Positions 1 to 15,726 are shown, counted from the stretch's first letter. The stretch is DNA of 64,000 bases from Octopus sinensis (GCF_006345805.1 NC_042997.1:118234001-118298000); one strand, 5' to 3'. Notes: a model not told the origin generated them from the letters alone. Numbers and translations are program-made.

Positions 1-52
1 CATGGCCGCAGTCAAATGACTGAAACAAGTAAAAGAGTAAAGAGTAAAGAGT
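1..52 (+). mobile_element. 3' tail of SINE family B, cut by the window edge
   Basis: catggccgcagtcaaatgactgaaacaagtaaaagagtaaagag matches the 3' end of the full copy at 42260-42861. Confidence 0.8.
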
Positions 53-159
53 ATATGTCGCACACATATGGTTGTGGTGCATGTGCCTGGTTTACTCTTA
101 TCAGACGGGTAGTCATGATGGGTATATTTTACTCCAGTGTCATTTTGAGGCCATGAACT

Positions 160-203
<44 letters not shown>

Positions 204-753
204 TGTCTCTCTCTCAATAATAATTATAACAATAGTAACGATAATTCTAGGATGCAGTTTATAAATATTCAATAATGGCCATGCTCGTTTCCGCAAATCT
301 CATGATTTGGAAAATTGCGTAACGATGTATTAGGTATTCATAAATTCCATCACAGTATTCTTCTTCTTATATTTTTCCTACATTATAAGGGTATAACCAT
401 GATGCAACCCCGAAAAAGAAGTTTTGTTTTGAGCCTTCAAGTCAACCCAACTAACTTAAATAAATAACACTTTGAAACAGTTTTTAAACACATAACGATA
501 TTGTTTCATGATTGGAAAAATATTTGTATTTAGAGTGTAATTTAATAACATATAAACAGTTAAAATAAAAAGTAACTGAAAAATATCATAATAAGCACAA
601 CCATTGACTAGTTGTGTCGGCCTGCGTCATCAGAGATCAGTTCGTGGTAAGTGTAACATGGCTCACAATTGAGCGTGACGTGCTATCCCGGATCAGCGAT
701 AGTTAATGAGTCGGTGATAGTTAAGATAGTTGTATATCATCACACAAACACAC

Positions 754-838
<85 letters not shown>

Positions 839-1072
839 TGCGGATTACTGTTACCATTCATCCGGAGTACACCACTCTAATCGTGATTGGAGATCATCAA
901 AAATTTGTCCGTGACTCTTCTCGTCCTCTTTTTATCTTTCTTCTTTCTTCTACCTCCACTTTTCTCTCTTTGTCGCCACCATTTACACCTACACCAACAT
1001 TCACACCCTCTCACCATGCCTGCTTAGAAAGAACCTTTTCTTCACCCACTCCCTTCCGGTCATTTCAATATG

Positions 1073-1272
1073 TGACCGCGTGTGTAGTGTTGGCGATTTT
1101 CTTTCTCCACCTTCCCTTCATTCGACCTTTCCTTTTTCTATATTTCTGACGAAGAACTCCGCTCGAACGTTAAATCCCCCTTCTTTCTTTCCTTTCCTGA
1201 GCGTCCAGTAACATTATACTTGTTCCACGTCTTCGTGTTGTTGTGTTTTCTCTTTGTTTATGTTTGGATTCA
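1073..1272 (+). mobile_element. ~200-bp pyrimidine-rich repeat carrying a minimal hammerhead motif and ending in (TA)n
   Basis: Homologous to 9455-9640 and 9672-9870. Motif at 1142-1175: attt-CTGACGA-a-gaac tcc gctc-GAAC-GTT-aaat. Confidence 0.7.
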
Positions 1273-1273
1273 C

Positions 1274-1783
<510 letters not shown>

Positions 1784-1790
1784 ACACACA

Positions 1791-1821
<31 letters not shown>

Positions 1822-1822
1822 C

Positions 1823-1863
<41 letters not shown>

Positions 1864-3469
1864 TTGTTTGCGTGTGTCTTATGTGTGTGTGTGTGTATGT
1901 AAAATGGAAATGGAAGTTGTTATAATGAACGTATTAATGTGCTGGGAGAAATGATATTGTTTATTGATATAATATAAACCGCAGCCATATGGCAATTAAT
2001 TGATGCTAACTCTCCAGAAGATATTAAATTTTAGCATGAATAAAAAATGCAAACTTTCAGTGATGGCGTATGTTGTATATGGTTTTTTTCTGTTAAGTAT
2101 ATTTAAATTGACGTATGAAGTAACATGAGTACCGTTTTGAAAAATGCTGAATCTCACCTTAACAACAGCTGGTAAACTCAACTTTGTGTTTAATTGCGTC
2201 TTTCACAAAGCACAGATTTTAATTTTGAAATACAGTCTCTCAGTGTTACAACGGTATAAATGCTGACAAGCATCGTAAGATTTTCGAAATAGATAAAAAA
2301 AGAATTAAATATGTGAACTCTTCACATCTTCTTACTCCTAATTTCAAATTTAAATTTCTAATCACGTCTTCTTAGATCAAAGTTATTTTCTTTGTATTAA
2401 CGATCATTGTTAGAAGAGACGACACATTTATGTATTTATACACATATACCTATACATACACGCTCACATGCACACATGTATGCTCTATTATTTGTTTCCG
2501 ACATTGGACGCGGTAATGCTGGGGCATTCCCTTGAAGTGTTTAGTCGATCAAATCTCGATAGCTATACGGATCATAAGTCAGGTTTTTTCTATCGCTTTC
2601 TATCTGCCGAACCGTTAATAGACATTAACAAACCAACACCCGCTGGCAGACAAGGAAAGCAAATACGTGATTGTTTACCGTGGTCTTTAACAAATTCTCA
2701 CACAAGTTATTGTTGAAGACACCGAAATTGCCGTGTAGTGTGTCTGAACTTGAAACCATGTAGTTGAGAATCGAATTGTTTAGCCAATAAGCTATGCCCA
2801 CGTCAACATATTCAAGATACATATTTTTCTTGTAACTGTTATGGCTTCAAACATACGTATATAGTTTTTGAAACGTTATCATACTATAAGAGATAACTAT
2901 TATCTGAAGATAACAATATTATATAATTATCTTTTGGGTATTTCACTAAATCTAAATCTAAGATTTTAATTAATACTAGAAACTCAAGACATTCTATGAT
3001 ATTTATCAATTTCAGATGTTCGAAATAGATACATAGGTATATTATACAAGCCATAAGAAATAAGCATCTCTCTGATTTTATTCTCTAGAAATTATCTCCC
3101 CTTGCTGCACAATTCTTCCATAGCTTCATGGTATGTTGGTATATACAAACATATCCTACTTATCAAATCTAAAACAAAACCGTTCAGCGAAACTTGTATG
3201 ATTTCAAGCACTTATTCACTTATTTTTGACTCAATTCACATTGATTGAATATATAGAAAAATAACAGAACTGTAAATATGTTTAACCATTATATTTACCT
3301 TGATACTGTAGGACTAAGTCCAACGCTGACATGACGTTTGTATATGTAACGCTAGCTTCTGAAGTTATGTCTTCTAATTTAGCTGCTCAGAGTTGTAATG
3401 GCAGCTTGAAAGAAAGGTTGCTTGAGGCAACCTTCGATTCCAACAGGCAATGTTACAAATTTTCTCGCC

Positions 3470-3545
<76 letters not shown>

Positions 3546-3871
3546 CATTATTATTATTATTATATATATATACATATATATATACATATATATAAAAGGA
3601 AAACAATTAGTTTTACATCTCTGAGCAAGAAGTAAATAGTAACAGTACTACAGAGTAAGATCTATTTGCCAACATAAAAGAGCAGTCCTGATTAGGACGA
3701 TGTTACTAATAATATGAATATACTATGTATACATCCATATGTGCGTGTGTATGTGCGTATGTATATATAGTGTATCTGTCTGACTGTCTGTCTGTCTGTC
3801 TGTCTGTCTATCTGTCTGTCTATCTATATATACATATACACATATATACATATATATATTATATATATATA

Positions 3872-3903
<32 letters not shown>

Positions 3904-4841
3904 ACACACATATATATATATATATATATATACATATATATACACATATATACATAAAAAATATATCTTCGTAGGTGTGAAATGGGTCCCAACAGGCTAC
4001 TGGTATGTGTAATCCTGGTTTGTTAGGCTGTGTTCTAATTTCGGTGGTAGAAAACTATCGTGCCACCTTAGTGTAGCGGCTAACTTGCTGGTACAACTTA
4101 GAACTATCGCAGCGTTCGATACCAATCGGCGATGTTGCAACTTTATATTAAGGTCCCTAAGTTTGATCGTTTTTTTTATTAACGTAGATAAAGGCTATTC
4201 ATCTTTTAAATTTTGGTTTGGCACAGTATCTCTCTTTGATCTATTACAGTGACGTCTTAAGTCTTTTACAAAGAGTCAGGAACACTACAGCGAGGGGCCG
4301 CAAAGTGCCTTGTGGTATTTGTCTCGTTTCTTAACGTTCTCAATTCAGATTCCACAGTGGTCAACTTTAACTTTCATTCTTCATAGATCGATAAAATAAA
4401 GACACCGATATGTCTTAAGGGAATGGATTGTCATTAATAATGACCCCATTGCTTAACTGTTACTTTATTTTATGGCCCCTAAAAGAATGAAGGACAAAAA
4501 TCAATCGCGGTGGGATTTGAACTCGAATTGTTAACAGTTAGAACAATGCTGCAAAGCAAATTGTCCGGTATTCTAACAATTCTGCCAGCTCTTCGCCATC
4601 GCCCTCATCCTTATCACCGACATATCCACCATGATTCATAATTCATCGTTTTCTCCACCTCCTGCTTTTTCTTCTTCTTTGTCTTCTTCAATGCTGTTCC
4701 AATGAGCTATCAGAATTACCGCCACTTTTGAGGTATATTAGTAGAACTTCATTTTTGTGTGGACAAGAAAAATATAAAAAGAAACAAAACAAAAACACAC
4801 ACCACACAGTAATACACAACGCACCCACACGTACACACACG

Positions 4842-4934
<93 letters not shown>

Positions 4935-4939
4935 CACAC

Positions 4940-5004
<65 letters not shown>

Positions 5005-6303
5005 AAAACCAAATATTTCTACTCTGTTTACCATGAAGTCAAATCAATTTCATTGAGTGACGAGACTTAAATGGTTCAAATGATTTCCAACTTAAGAAAA
5101 AACAACATTAAATAACATGAAAAACAACTCAGTAAATTGATGGCTTTTTCATCGCTAAGAGGAAGAATTCTTCGATGTTATCTGTAAAACTGCCGAAGTG
5201 GTTTTTGAAAATCCGCAAATTTGCTTATGTGATCTTGATTCGGTTTATTATTTTTGCTTTATTGAATCAAATTTTTGCTGCTCAGATTACCTGAATCGCA
5301 ATTTCTTACCATTTTTCTTAAGTGTGAGAATTTTCGCATCTAAACAAAACGATTGTGCCATATACTTTTTTTTCAGATTCTATAAAACGGAGGTTGCGAT
5401 GTAAAAAGCCACCTGCTTACTGAACCGTAATAGTAAGTTGAAAGTTGTCTTTTATCATGGATTATTTCAATGAAGTGATAATAAGTGGTATATTGACTAT
5501 AAAAAAAAAAGGAACAATTCGATGAAAGTATCTCGAGTATAATCGCAAGTTCGATTACCTGGCTTCACAATGCCGCTGTATTTCTTTGTGAACTGAAGAT
5601 CATATTTATATCCAGTTCATTAGCTTTCGATATTCAATTTATACGCTATGTCACAAACTTTAGCAAGAGTTTGATCGTCACAGCCCCTTTATAAATCGTA
5701 TCTTTTCATGCATTGTGCATGTGTAAGTGGATGCACGCGAGTCTGCTTGAATGCGTGTCTATATATAACGTGCATGTGAGTGTATTTTTGTGTGTGTGTG
5801 CGTGAGAGAGAGAAATCTGATATGCATAAAAAAATCTGACGATCAGTATATTACGTATATGCAAAGATAGATGATACATCTTCAAATAATACAGTCCGAC
5901 TTGGATTTATTTTAGTATTTCTATTATCACCAACAGTAACAGTTATCAACATATGTGCGTATTACTTGTTGTGAATGCATGCATTGAATACGACTGAATA
6001 TGGCTATATATATATATATATGGCTATATATATGTGTGTGGTGTGTGTGTGTGTGTGTGTGTGTGTGCTTGTATGGGCGTGATTTCAAACACTGATTCGT
6101 GTCGAAGGAATCAAAGAGGAAGAATCGATATTTGTGTGCAGTTTATGGTTTATTGAAACTAAATGTTTATCTCGTGGTGTGTGTTGTACTCTACTAGGAC
6201 TTCCACATTTTCTATTCTGAAGATTGCTTTGGCATGAAATCGAGTGCACCACACAGAGAAATACTCGCAAAGATGTATGCATGTACATGTAAAATACATT
6301 TAG

Positions 6304-6341
<38 letters not shown>

Positions 6342-6507
6342 CTATATGTATAGCGGCCTGTTAAGGGTCATCTCTTTCTGTGCTTAAATGAACACTAATT
6401 TTATATGGAAAATATTTTGTCTATTGACTTTTTATACATGCTAGGCCATTTGTAGTTAAATTCCTATAATTTTGCTTCCCTATATTATTTTAAGTATACA
6501 CACACAA

Positions 6508-6545
<38 letters not shown>

Positions 6546-6626
6546 ATATACATACATACATACGTACACACATACATGCACACACATACATATATACATA
6601 CATACATACATACATACATACATACA

Positions 6627-6661
<35 letters not shown>

Positions 6662-7115
6662 TTATCCGCATGTATACACGTACAGGGCATTTGTTTATAT
6701 ACGCATATATAAATGATTACATATTCACATATACATGTTTATATGTATATACACGCACACATACATATATATGAATACATATACATATATACGTTATGTC
6801 TATCTATCTATCTTAAGTGAAATAAGGCAACAAGCAATGTCGACTACATGGTACACGAAGAGAGAACAATTTAAATGAGTATAACTTAAGTATATGTATG
6901 CAAGCTATGATTGGTTTCAACTTTCAAGACCTTTCTGAACCTAAGTCATTCCCAATAGGTTACAAATCACAATCTTCACTTATTCTTAGAAAACAAAAGC
7001 AGTAATGGTGGTTACTCGTCGAAGCTGAGACAAAAAAGAAATCATAAGAAGAGAAGGCCGAAGACCAGTGACCATGACTCTGGAGGTAATTTAATTAGAT
7101 TCTTTTCCCTAATTC

Positions 7116-8002
7116 TATGAGGTGGTATCAAAAGCGCCCCGGACTAGTTGTGTAGTGCCAATAGATGGCAGCACGATTGTGTGCGCAATGAGAGTTTGCA
7201 GTGACTCTCATGAGGCAATGTGCCGCGTGATATTGTTGTGTTTACTTCGCAAGTTCAGAAATTTGTGTTTTTGTGATCACGTGTTTGCTAAAGTCTGCGA
7301 TTTTGTCATGGACAAGAAGTTGAAACAAAGAGCTACTGTGAAATTTTGCCCAGGAAGTCTGCTAAAGAGACATTGAGCATACTTTGGTAAGCTTACGGTG
7401 ATGAAGCACTGGATCGTATGCAACGTTTCAAGTGGCACGGTCGGCTAAAAAGCGAAAGAACGACCCTGGAAGATGATGAGCAATTTGGAGGACCTGCCAC
7501 GAGTGTCACTCCTGGAAATATGTTATTATGAATCGAGAATTTGTCCTCCAAGGCCAGACCGTCAATCGACAGTTCTACTGCGACGTTTTGAAGCATTTGA
7601 GAGGGCAGACATTCGGTTAAGCAACCGGGTTTGTAGAATGCGAAGAATTGGATTCTTCACCGCGCTCTCCTTACTAGTGAGTTTCTCACCAAAAACAACA
7701 TGGTATCGCTTCTGCACCCGCCCTATTCACCAGGTCTAACACATGCCGACTTCCGTCTCTTCTCCAAGATGAAAAGCAGCTCAAAGATCGCTGTTTTAAC
7801 GTCGTTGTCAAGATCCAGAGCGAATCGCAGAAGGTTCTCGATTTGCTTAGGGAAAACAACTTCCAGGCCGGATTCCAAAAATGGTAGGGATTCCGGGATC
7901 GGTGTATTGCTCAATGTAACTATTTTGAAGATGATGTTTAAACTTAAAAGTTATCTTTTATTAAACATAACTAGTCCTGAAACTTTTTGGGACCACCTCG
8001 TA
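7116..8002 (+). mobile_element. Internally deleted, decayed Tc1/mariner (mariner) transposon
   Basis: Imperfect TIRs tatgaggtggtatcaaaagcgccccggacta and tagtcctgaaactttttgggaccacctcgta. Peptides LKQRATVKFC, AYGDEALDRMQRFKWH..LEDDEQFGGP (N-terminal HTH) and LLHPPYSPGLTHADFRLF (YSPDL motif). Frameshifted. Confidence 0.9.
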
Positions 8003-8787
8003 TGGTTAAGAATGGTAAGAACTTGTCATTGATTAAAGGGTTTAGATCCAATAAGTCTTTCACAACACCTCACAGACCCTCTCCGCCTAATGACATGATT
8101 AGAGACACATCAGGGTAAGAAATACAATGAAAATGGGGTTGCAGACTTAGGAATGTGGGACCTCCATGAATCCAAGCGCAAGAAAAAAATTCCCCAAAAT
8201 TTCAATGCCATTCTCTGCATATCTGCTTTATATCAGAGAGGCCTTCGCTTTTGTATCAGAGTGGACCTTCTCAAGTGGATTTCGCCAAGAACGAACCTAA
8301 TACAAGTTAAGTGCTTTATCAAACCCTGTGGTCTTGCAGCATACCAGACTACAGCCTGGAATTTATCAGGGCCCATGATAATGTTAGATATTCATTGAAC
8401 CTACATAAGGTTCACCCGTCCTTTTGGGTTCCAAGCAACGCTCATCATCAAGCTTGTCTAGTGTAGGTGCCATTTTAGTCACCAACGATCCGACCATGCA
8501 ACATGTAGCACTGGATTCCATTTTACCAGTTGTAAAGTGATCACGCGCAAACACACACACTCACCCATACCCCAATGTATATATAAATATAAATATATAT
8601 ATACATATATATATATATTTTTTTAGAAATTTCTGTCGGCTTTCTTCGAAACACGTGCTTGTAGTAATAAATTACATGTTATTGACGTTGTGTCTATTTT
8701 CGGTATATTTTGGCATTAGAATTCTTTTCTTTTGCCCTTACTATAAATTATATATATAGATATACATATACATACATACATACATAC

Positions 8788-8823
<36 letters not shown>

Positions 8824-8841
8824 TATTATATATATATATAT

Positions 8842-8895
<54 letters not shown>

Positions 8896-8945
8896 AATAT
8901 TAAATTTCTAAATATCTCGTTGAGATACGTACGGTGTGGAGCGAT

Positions 8946-9308
8946 AGAGTGGTTGTATACTGTCAACTTAACGTGACAGTCCTGTAAGGGAATTACACTA
9001 CCGCTGTTTAGCCCTAGGAAGCATCGACGCTTCCTGTCGGCCTTGACACATTTCCTGTGTCATATATTTACGAAGGGGAGACATCTAGAGACATGCATGT
9101 TTCTGGGTCTTGCCCATCATCAGACCCAGAAACATGCATGTCTCTAGATGCAGGCCTAGCTGTTGGGGTGTTTGTCTCCCCTTCGTAAATATATGACACA
9201 GGAATGTGTCAAGGCCGACAGGAAGCGTCGATGCTTCCTAGGGCTAAACAGCGGTAGTGTAATCCCTTACAGGACTGTCACGTTAAGTTGACAGTATACA
9301 ACCACTCT
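8946..9308. repeat. Nested fold-back inverted duplication containing a hammerhead core
   Basis: 8946-9083 is the reverse complement of 9173-9308. Inner 29-bp arms at 9082-9110 and 9122-9150 enclose an 11-nt loop. Confidence 0.9.
9082..9123 (-). ncRNA. Type I hammerhead ribozyme core lacking its 5' stem I strand
   Basis: Minus strand reads CUGAUGA-UGGG caaga CCCA-GAAAC AUGCAU GUC-UCUAGAUG, with palindromic stem III ACAUGCAUGU. Confidence 0.7.
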
Positions 9309-9334
9309 CTTTCTCTCTCTCTCTGTATATATAT

Positions 9335-9368
<34 letters not shown>

Positions 9369-9454
9369 GTATGTGACCTTGTCTGTAATATATTATATCT
9401 ATATATATATTATATAATATAGTATATATATATAGTATCTGACCTCGTCTGTAT

Positions 9455-9630
9455 CACTAGCGATTTTTTTCCCTCTGTCTTCCTTCTCGGGACCTTTCCT
9501 TCACCTATGTTTCCGACGAAGAGCTCCGCTCGAACGTCAAACCCTCCTTCTTCCCTTCTTTCCTGAGCGTCCAATAATACTTTATTTGTTCCACGTCCTT
9601 GCGTTGTTGTCTTTTTGTTTTCTTGTTTGG

Positions 9631-9673
<43 letters not shown>

Positions 9674-9870
9674 CCACGTGTGTATCGTTGGCGATTTTCT
9701 TTCTCCGGCTTCCTTCTTTGGACTTTTTCTTTCTTCTATATTTCTGACGAAGGGCTCCGTCTGGAACCTTAAATCCTCCTTCTTCCTTTCCTGAGCGTCC
9801 AATAACACTATACTTATTCCACGTCCCTCGCATTGTTGTGTTTTCTCTTTGTTCATGTTTGGATTAACTA
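9455..9870 (+). mobile_element. Two tandem ~200-bp hammerhead-bearing repeat units, each ending in (TA)n
   Basis: Motifs at 9509-9542 (gttt-CCGACGA-a-gagc tcc gctc-GAAC-GTC-aaac) and 9740-9774 (degenerate), 231 nt apart. Both units share the tail ttcctgagcgtccaataa...gtttggatta. Confidence 0.7.
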
Positions 9871-9918
9871 TATATATATATATATATAGATATATATATA
9901 TAATATATAATATATATA

Positions 9919-9949
<31 letters not shown>

Positions 9950-10249
9950 GGTGTGTGCATGTGTATGCATGTATGTATGTTTTTGTGTATGTATACTGGA
10001 GGTAAATAGACTAGGCAATAATACAGAGCCAAAATTCAGTATTTAAATCAACAGTTCTCGAACCTGAATATATCTATACACGCAGAAGATGTTTAGATTG
10101 CTCAGAATCTTGACTTCAAGTGTAAACCTGATTGCATAGGACAACTACGGCAACTATAAATACTTTATATTCTCAAAGCAAAAGTCTTTATTGAGGGCAT
10201 TTATAGTTCGGTACCACAAATAAACAAGCACAATGCATATTTACATAAA

Positions 10250-10298
<49 letters not shown>

Positions 10299-10940
10299 AG
10301 TGTGTGTATGCATGTATGTATTCCAGCGTTTCTCTTGCTTGACAAGTGAGTTAAACGAATGAATCCAATTTGTTGAAACTGGAGAAAAAATAACATGGCA
10401 GATGAGTCATGTTCAACGTTTAAAAACACACATATAACACTGCGTTCGCTTTTGTTTTATTTCTTAATAGTATTATCCTGCACTATAAAATGCTAAAAAG
10501 GATTCATTGCACACCTGCGACTATATCAATGATCCAATTGTGCTTCATTCATTGCACATTCAGGAATACGTACATGCATACGTATATACACACAAGCATA
10601 CATACATTCATATATATATATATACATGCATTCATAATACATATATATATATATATATATATACATATATATGTGTGTGTATATATGTGTATGCATATAT
10701 ATATGTATGTATATATATGTATATATATGTATATATATGCATATATATGTATGTATATATATATATGCATATATATGTATATATATATATATATATGCAT
10801 ATATATGTATGTATATATATATATATATATATAATGCATACATATATATATACATACATATATATTCATGAAGGTCATAAAGCAAATTGATATTCTGGCT
10901 TTACAAATCCTACTCTCATTTTATGCCCCCTAAGTTTTAC

Positions 10941-10972
<32 letters not shown>

Positions 10973-12527
10973 TTATGTATGTATGTATGTATCTATCTAT
11001 CTATCTCTCTGTCTATATCTTTCTGTTTACCTTTCGCCTCCTTTTCTCTATGTGACCGTCCATGTATTCTTCTATCCTTATTTATTTTGTACTTATTGGA
11101 TATACAATTTCTCTACGCCCTCATACTTCTCTATATTACACATGCACGTCCGTGCATGTGTGTCTATGATGCTGCGTGGTGTATCTGTTGTAGGAATGCG
11201 TATGTTTATGAAGATGTTTATGTGCATGTACTTGTGCATCTAAATTGCAATTTTCCTTCTTATAGTCAGTAAATGTGTACCGTGAGAAAATGTCTTAATA
11301 ACCTCTACAACTGCCCAAATCCCTTGGATTAGTAATGTATGAATATATGACATTAACGTCAGTTGTCAAACGAAATAATATTCTTTAGTTAAATATATTG
11401 GCTTCTTTTCTAGTGATTTTCGTTCTCAAATTATATTTATTCTTCCTCCCACATTCTCCCACATTAAGACATTTGGTCTCAATGTTTGCTTTCGTGGCGA
11501 TCAACATTCTTTTTTTTTAGCGTTTCTTTTTCTTCTTTGAAGCAATGGCTGCTTTCTTTGATTAAAATAAAACCAGAAATGATACTGCCAACTATAGGCT
11601 TATATGTACTATCAGAATTTGATTGGGAAGCATGATTACTGATAAGGATATCTTTTTTTCTTTCCTCTGTATATTCCATCTTCAAACAGATGTCGGAAAT
11701 TTCTGACGAATTCCAGTCACCATTATACGAGTAATTATCATTTGCTGTGTCTCATGTACAGATAGGGAGAAGGAGAAAAAAATAATACCATCTCCAACAA
11801 AACTAAGTAAAACATAAAATACTTCGAAACGTGGAGCACATTAAGAACATGGAATCCTGGAATTAAAAAAAATATGGCGCATGAGATAATTAAAAGGCAG
11901 CAAGGAGAAAACTTCTCCAATGAATATCGACTTAATCTGCCACAAAACACGGCTGTCATAAAACTAGCATCACCAAGGCAGTTTTATGTTTCGTGTTTTA
12001 TTCTTTCTGTATATGCTTTTTCGTTGACTGGTTCTATGGAGAATGTAATACCCACAAAAATAGAGTATTAACTTGGCCGAAGTAAAATATTATACAATCT
12101 AGAGTTTTTTTTCTTTAAAAATAAAAGGTGAAAAGGAAAGAAGATAATAGAAGAAGGAGGGAAAGAATAAAGAGAAAGAATAGAAATAAAGAAGGAAAAA
12201 AGGAGGAAGGTGTACGAGAAAGAGAAAACGAAAGAAATAGAAGCGAAAAAGAAAAACAAGAAACTAGATGAAAGACTAACAAGAACAAAAGGAATTATAT
12301 ATAAAGGAAAAAAGAGAAGGAAAGAATGAGAGAAAGAAAAAGACAGGGCAAGAAGAAAAGTAAGACATAAATACACAAAAAAATGAACGAGTAAAGGAAT
12401 GAATGAAAGTAAGAGGTAGTAAGAGGTAGAATGAAAAAAGAAGGAAATTTGAAAGATGGGAAAATATGAGTAAGAAAGAAACTGGTGAAGTTGAAAGATG
12501 CTGCAATATATATACATACATACACAC

Positions 12528-12613
<86 letters not shown>

Positions 12614-14194
12614 GTGCAAACACACATACCTACACACACACACACACACAAAGAATCGTAACCATGTGAGAGCGAGGTATGGAAGCCCTAAAATAAATAA
12701 ATTGTGATTTGTTTTCAGAGTTTGTTGTTGTTGTTTTTATTCCTGACGATCTATGGCAACCATTAACCAAGATTCTAATGGTAGCAAAATTTTGGTTTCA
12801 TGCGTAAACGGTACTGGAAGTTATATCCATATTAAATGTGGATGCATCGAGTTTGCTGAATATACAAAAGGAACTAATGATTGAAATATAAACAGCAATA
12901 AGAAAATATAGTTCTATCAATAAATAAATATTTTTATAAGAGTTTTACACAGTAATTCATAGGGAAAAAAAATGCGAAATAGAAAATAAAATACACGAAT
13001 TTTTTATGTGAAATTATATTAGACCCATTCAAAGATCTGTTTCATTTAATTTTCTTTTTTTTCTTTTATATATGTTCGGCAAAGAAGGGTTACTAAATCT
13101 GACTTTTGCAAGTCCTCCAGAAATTTATTGATCAAAAATGGAAATTGCATCTGTTCAGCTTCATGTGGAGAACTATCAAGAGATAGCTAGAGAAACTCGC
13201 TTAGAGGTTAGCATTGTTTGATTAGACAGCATAAGAAATTTTATTCACCTGGTTGAGCTGACATCTAGTATAGCTTGGAGTAGACAGTTCTAAATAGTAC
13301 AACAAAATATTCACTTGTCTATAGAATAATAAATTTATTTCGGAATTTAAAGCTAATAAACAAAACATTAATTGCATTTATTCAGGCTATTTTGCAACAT
13401 ATATAATTTTCTATTTTACAACACAATTTTCTGTCGAAGGTAATGTATTTCTCTCGCAGTATTCAACACAATGTTTTCATTACAATATTGCTTTGAACTT
13501 CAGTCTTACATGCACAAAGACATTATATTCTTCCAACCGATTGTAACGTAGTAATCAATTCATAGACATCTTGTTAAATGTTTTGATCAGTCCATTGTAG
13601 AATATTGGTTCCGTCAGACAATTCATCAATCATAGCCCAATGCTGACCACCGAAAGCACAGTACACACGTTAGAGTCGCAACATTAGAGAACATAATGAT
13701 TTTGGCCAGAATAAATGTATAATTTATTATGGAAATTGTTGTTTAACTCCGGGTGTACTAGCCGCCGCCAATTTTATTTTTGGATATGAAGCACATCATT
13801 ATGTAATATATTTTAAAGTCGGTTAGGTGTATTATAAAGGCGATTTAGTTGCTATTTAGTTGCTATTTAGTTGCGGGGTAATCGAGTAGAACAGTGTAGC
13901 TGGTGTGTGCAGTACTGGAGAAATGAAAGATAACAGGGTTCGAATATAGAGAGATGAAACAAATATCTGGAGTCCTTTGCGGTGATGGTCCACTGAGTCA
14001 ATTAAATAATAGCTCTTTATATTGTTGATAATTATTCGATTTGTACAGGCGGAAAAAAGTGGGGTGAAACAATAATGATATAAAGTGTATTAACACATAT
14101 ACACACACACGCACACACACACACACACACTACACATGTATTTAGATATGATACATGTACATACATATGTAATGTATCTATGTATATATATAAA

Positions 14195-14314
14195 GCAGCA
14201 TTCCGTCAGTTATGACGACGAAGGTCTCAGCTGATACGACCAACGGATTAGCTTGCTCGTGAAATTAACGTGTAAGTGGCTGAGCACTCCACAGACACGT
14301 GCACCTTTAACGTA
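14195..14314 (-). mobile_element. 3' tail fragment of SINE family C
   Basis: Matches 18308-18430 (tatgacgacga...gctcgtgaaattaacgtg..gtggctgagcact). Confidence 0.75.
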
Positions 14315-14588
<274 letters not shown>

Positions 14589-15286
14589 GTGGGTATTACA
14601 ATCTCTCTGATGAAGCTTTGGGGCTCAATCATTGACCAACCCCTGTGTAATGTTTGTTCAATCTTTGAACAATCTCTGTGCATTACTGGTACATTGAACA
14701 ATCTCTGTACACTACGGATGTTACCTTAGGAGAAATATTGCAGTAATTGTCCTTTTACGGGCTCCAAATAAGTAAAAATGGGATCTTGTCAAAGATGCTT
14801 CATGGGATATTTCGATGGTCTCGAAGTCACCTGATAAAGAAGAATAAAGAGGTGGCTTTTTCTTTGTCCCTTAACCTGAACGATAGCATGTTTCGTGAGA
14901 ATCATCTCTTAGACTCATTGGCTTACATATTCATACAGTGCCGCGTGATGCCATTTAGATGGTGGAAGGGTGGCTTTATTGACTAAAACCTTTGAGAGTA
15001 GGATCCTCCCTTTGGGCATTTGGCAGTTAAGTCTTGAGTGTTGGTGATGATTGTCGACGCGTGCTTGCTCCTGTTCTAGCGTGCCACTTTGGAAACGATA
15101 TTATCTAAACATCCATAGCTAAACATCCAGGAACTAAAGAGTCTTTGCTATATATTGATTCTTACGAAATAATGCCAGGAAGCTTCCAGCTATATTAGTG
15201 GAAACGTTTCTTTCGTGTTTTCATTGTAGAATACCATTTGATACATGAATTGCTTTATATATTTCAAAAGTATCCATAATTTAAAA

Positions 15287-15358
<72 letters not shown>

Positions 15359-15435
15359 GTGAGAGGGTATCCTCAATTGACATTAACAGATGTCGATAGT
15401 CAACTAGATTATATTATGGCTGATAGGAGCCTATG

Positions 15436-15544
<109 letters not shown>

Positions 15545-15575
15545 CTCTCTCTCTCTCTCTAGCTATCTCTCTCCT

Positions 15576-15615
<40 letters not shown>

Positions 15616-15689
15616 AGCTATCTCTCTTCTATCTTCTTCTATCTATCTATCTATCTATCTATCTATATCTATATCTATATATATCTCTA

Positions 15690-15726
<37 letters not shown>

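Noticed and set aside
14601-14640. CTGATGA-agc..gct motif
   Set aside because: No GAAA after the putative stem II.
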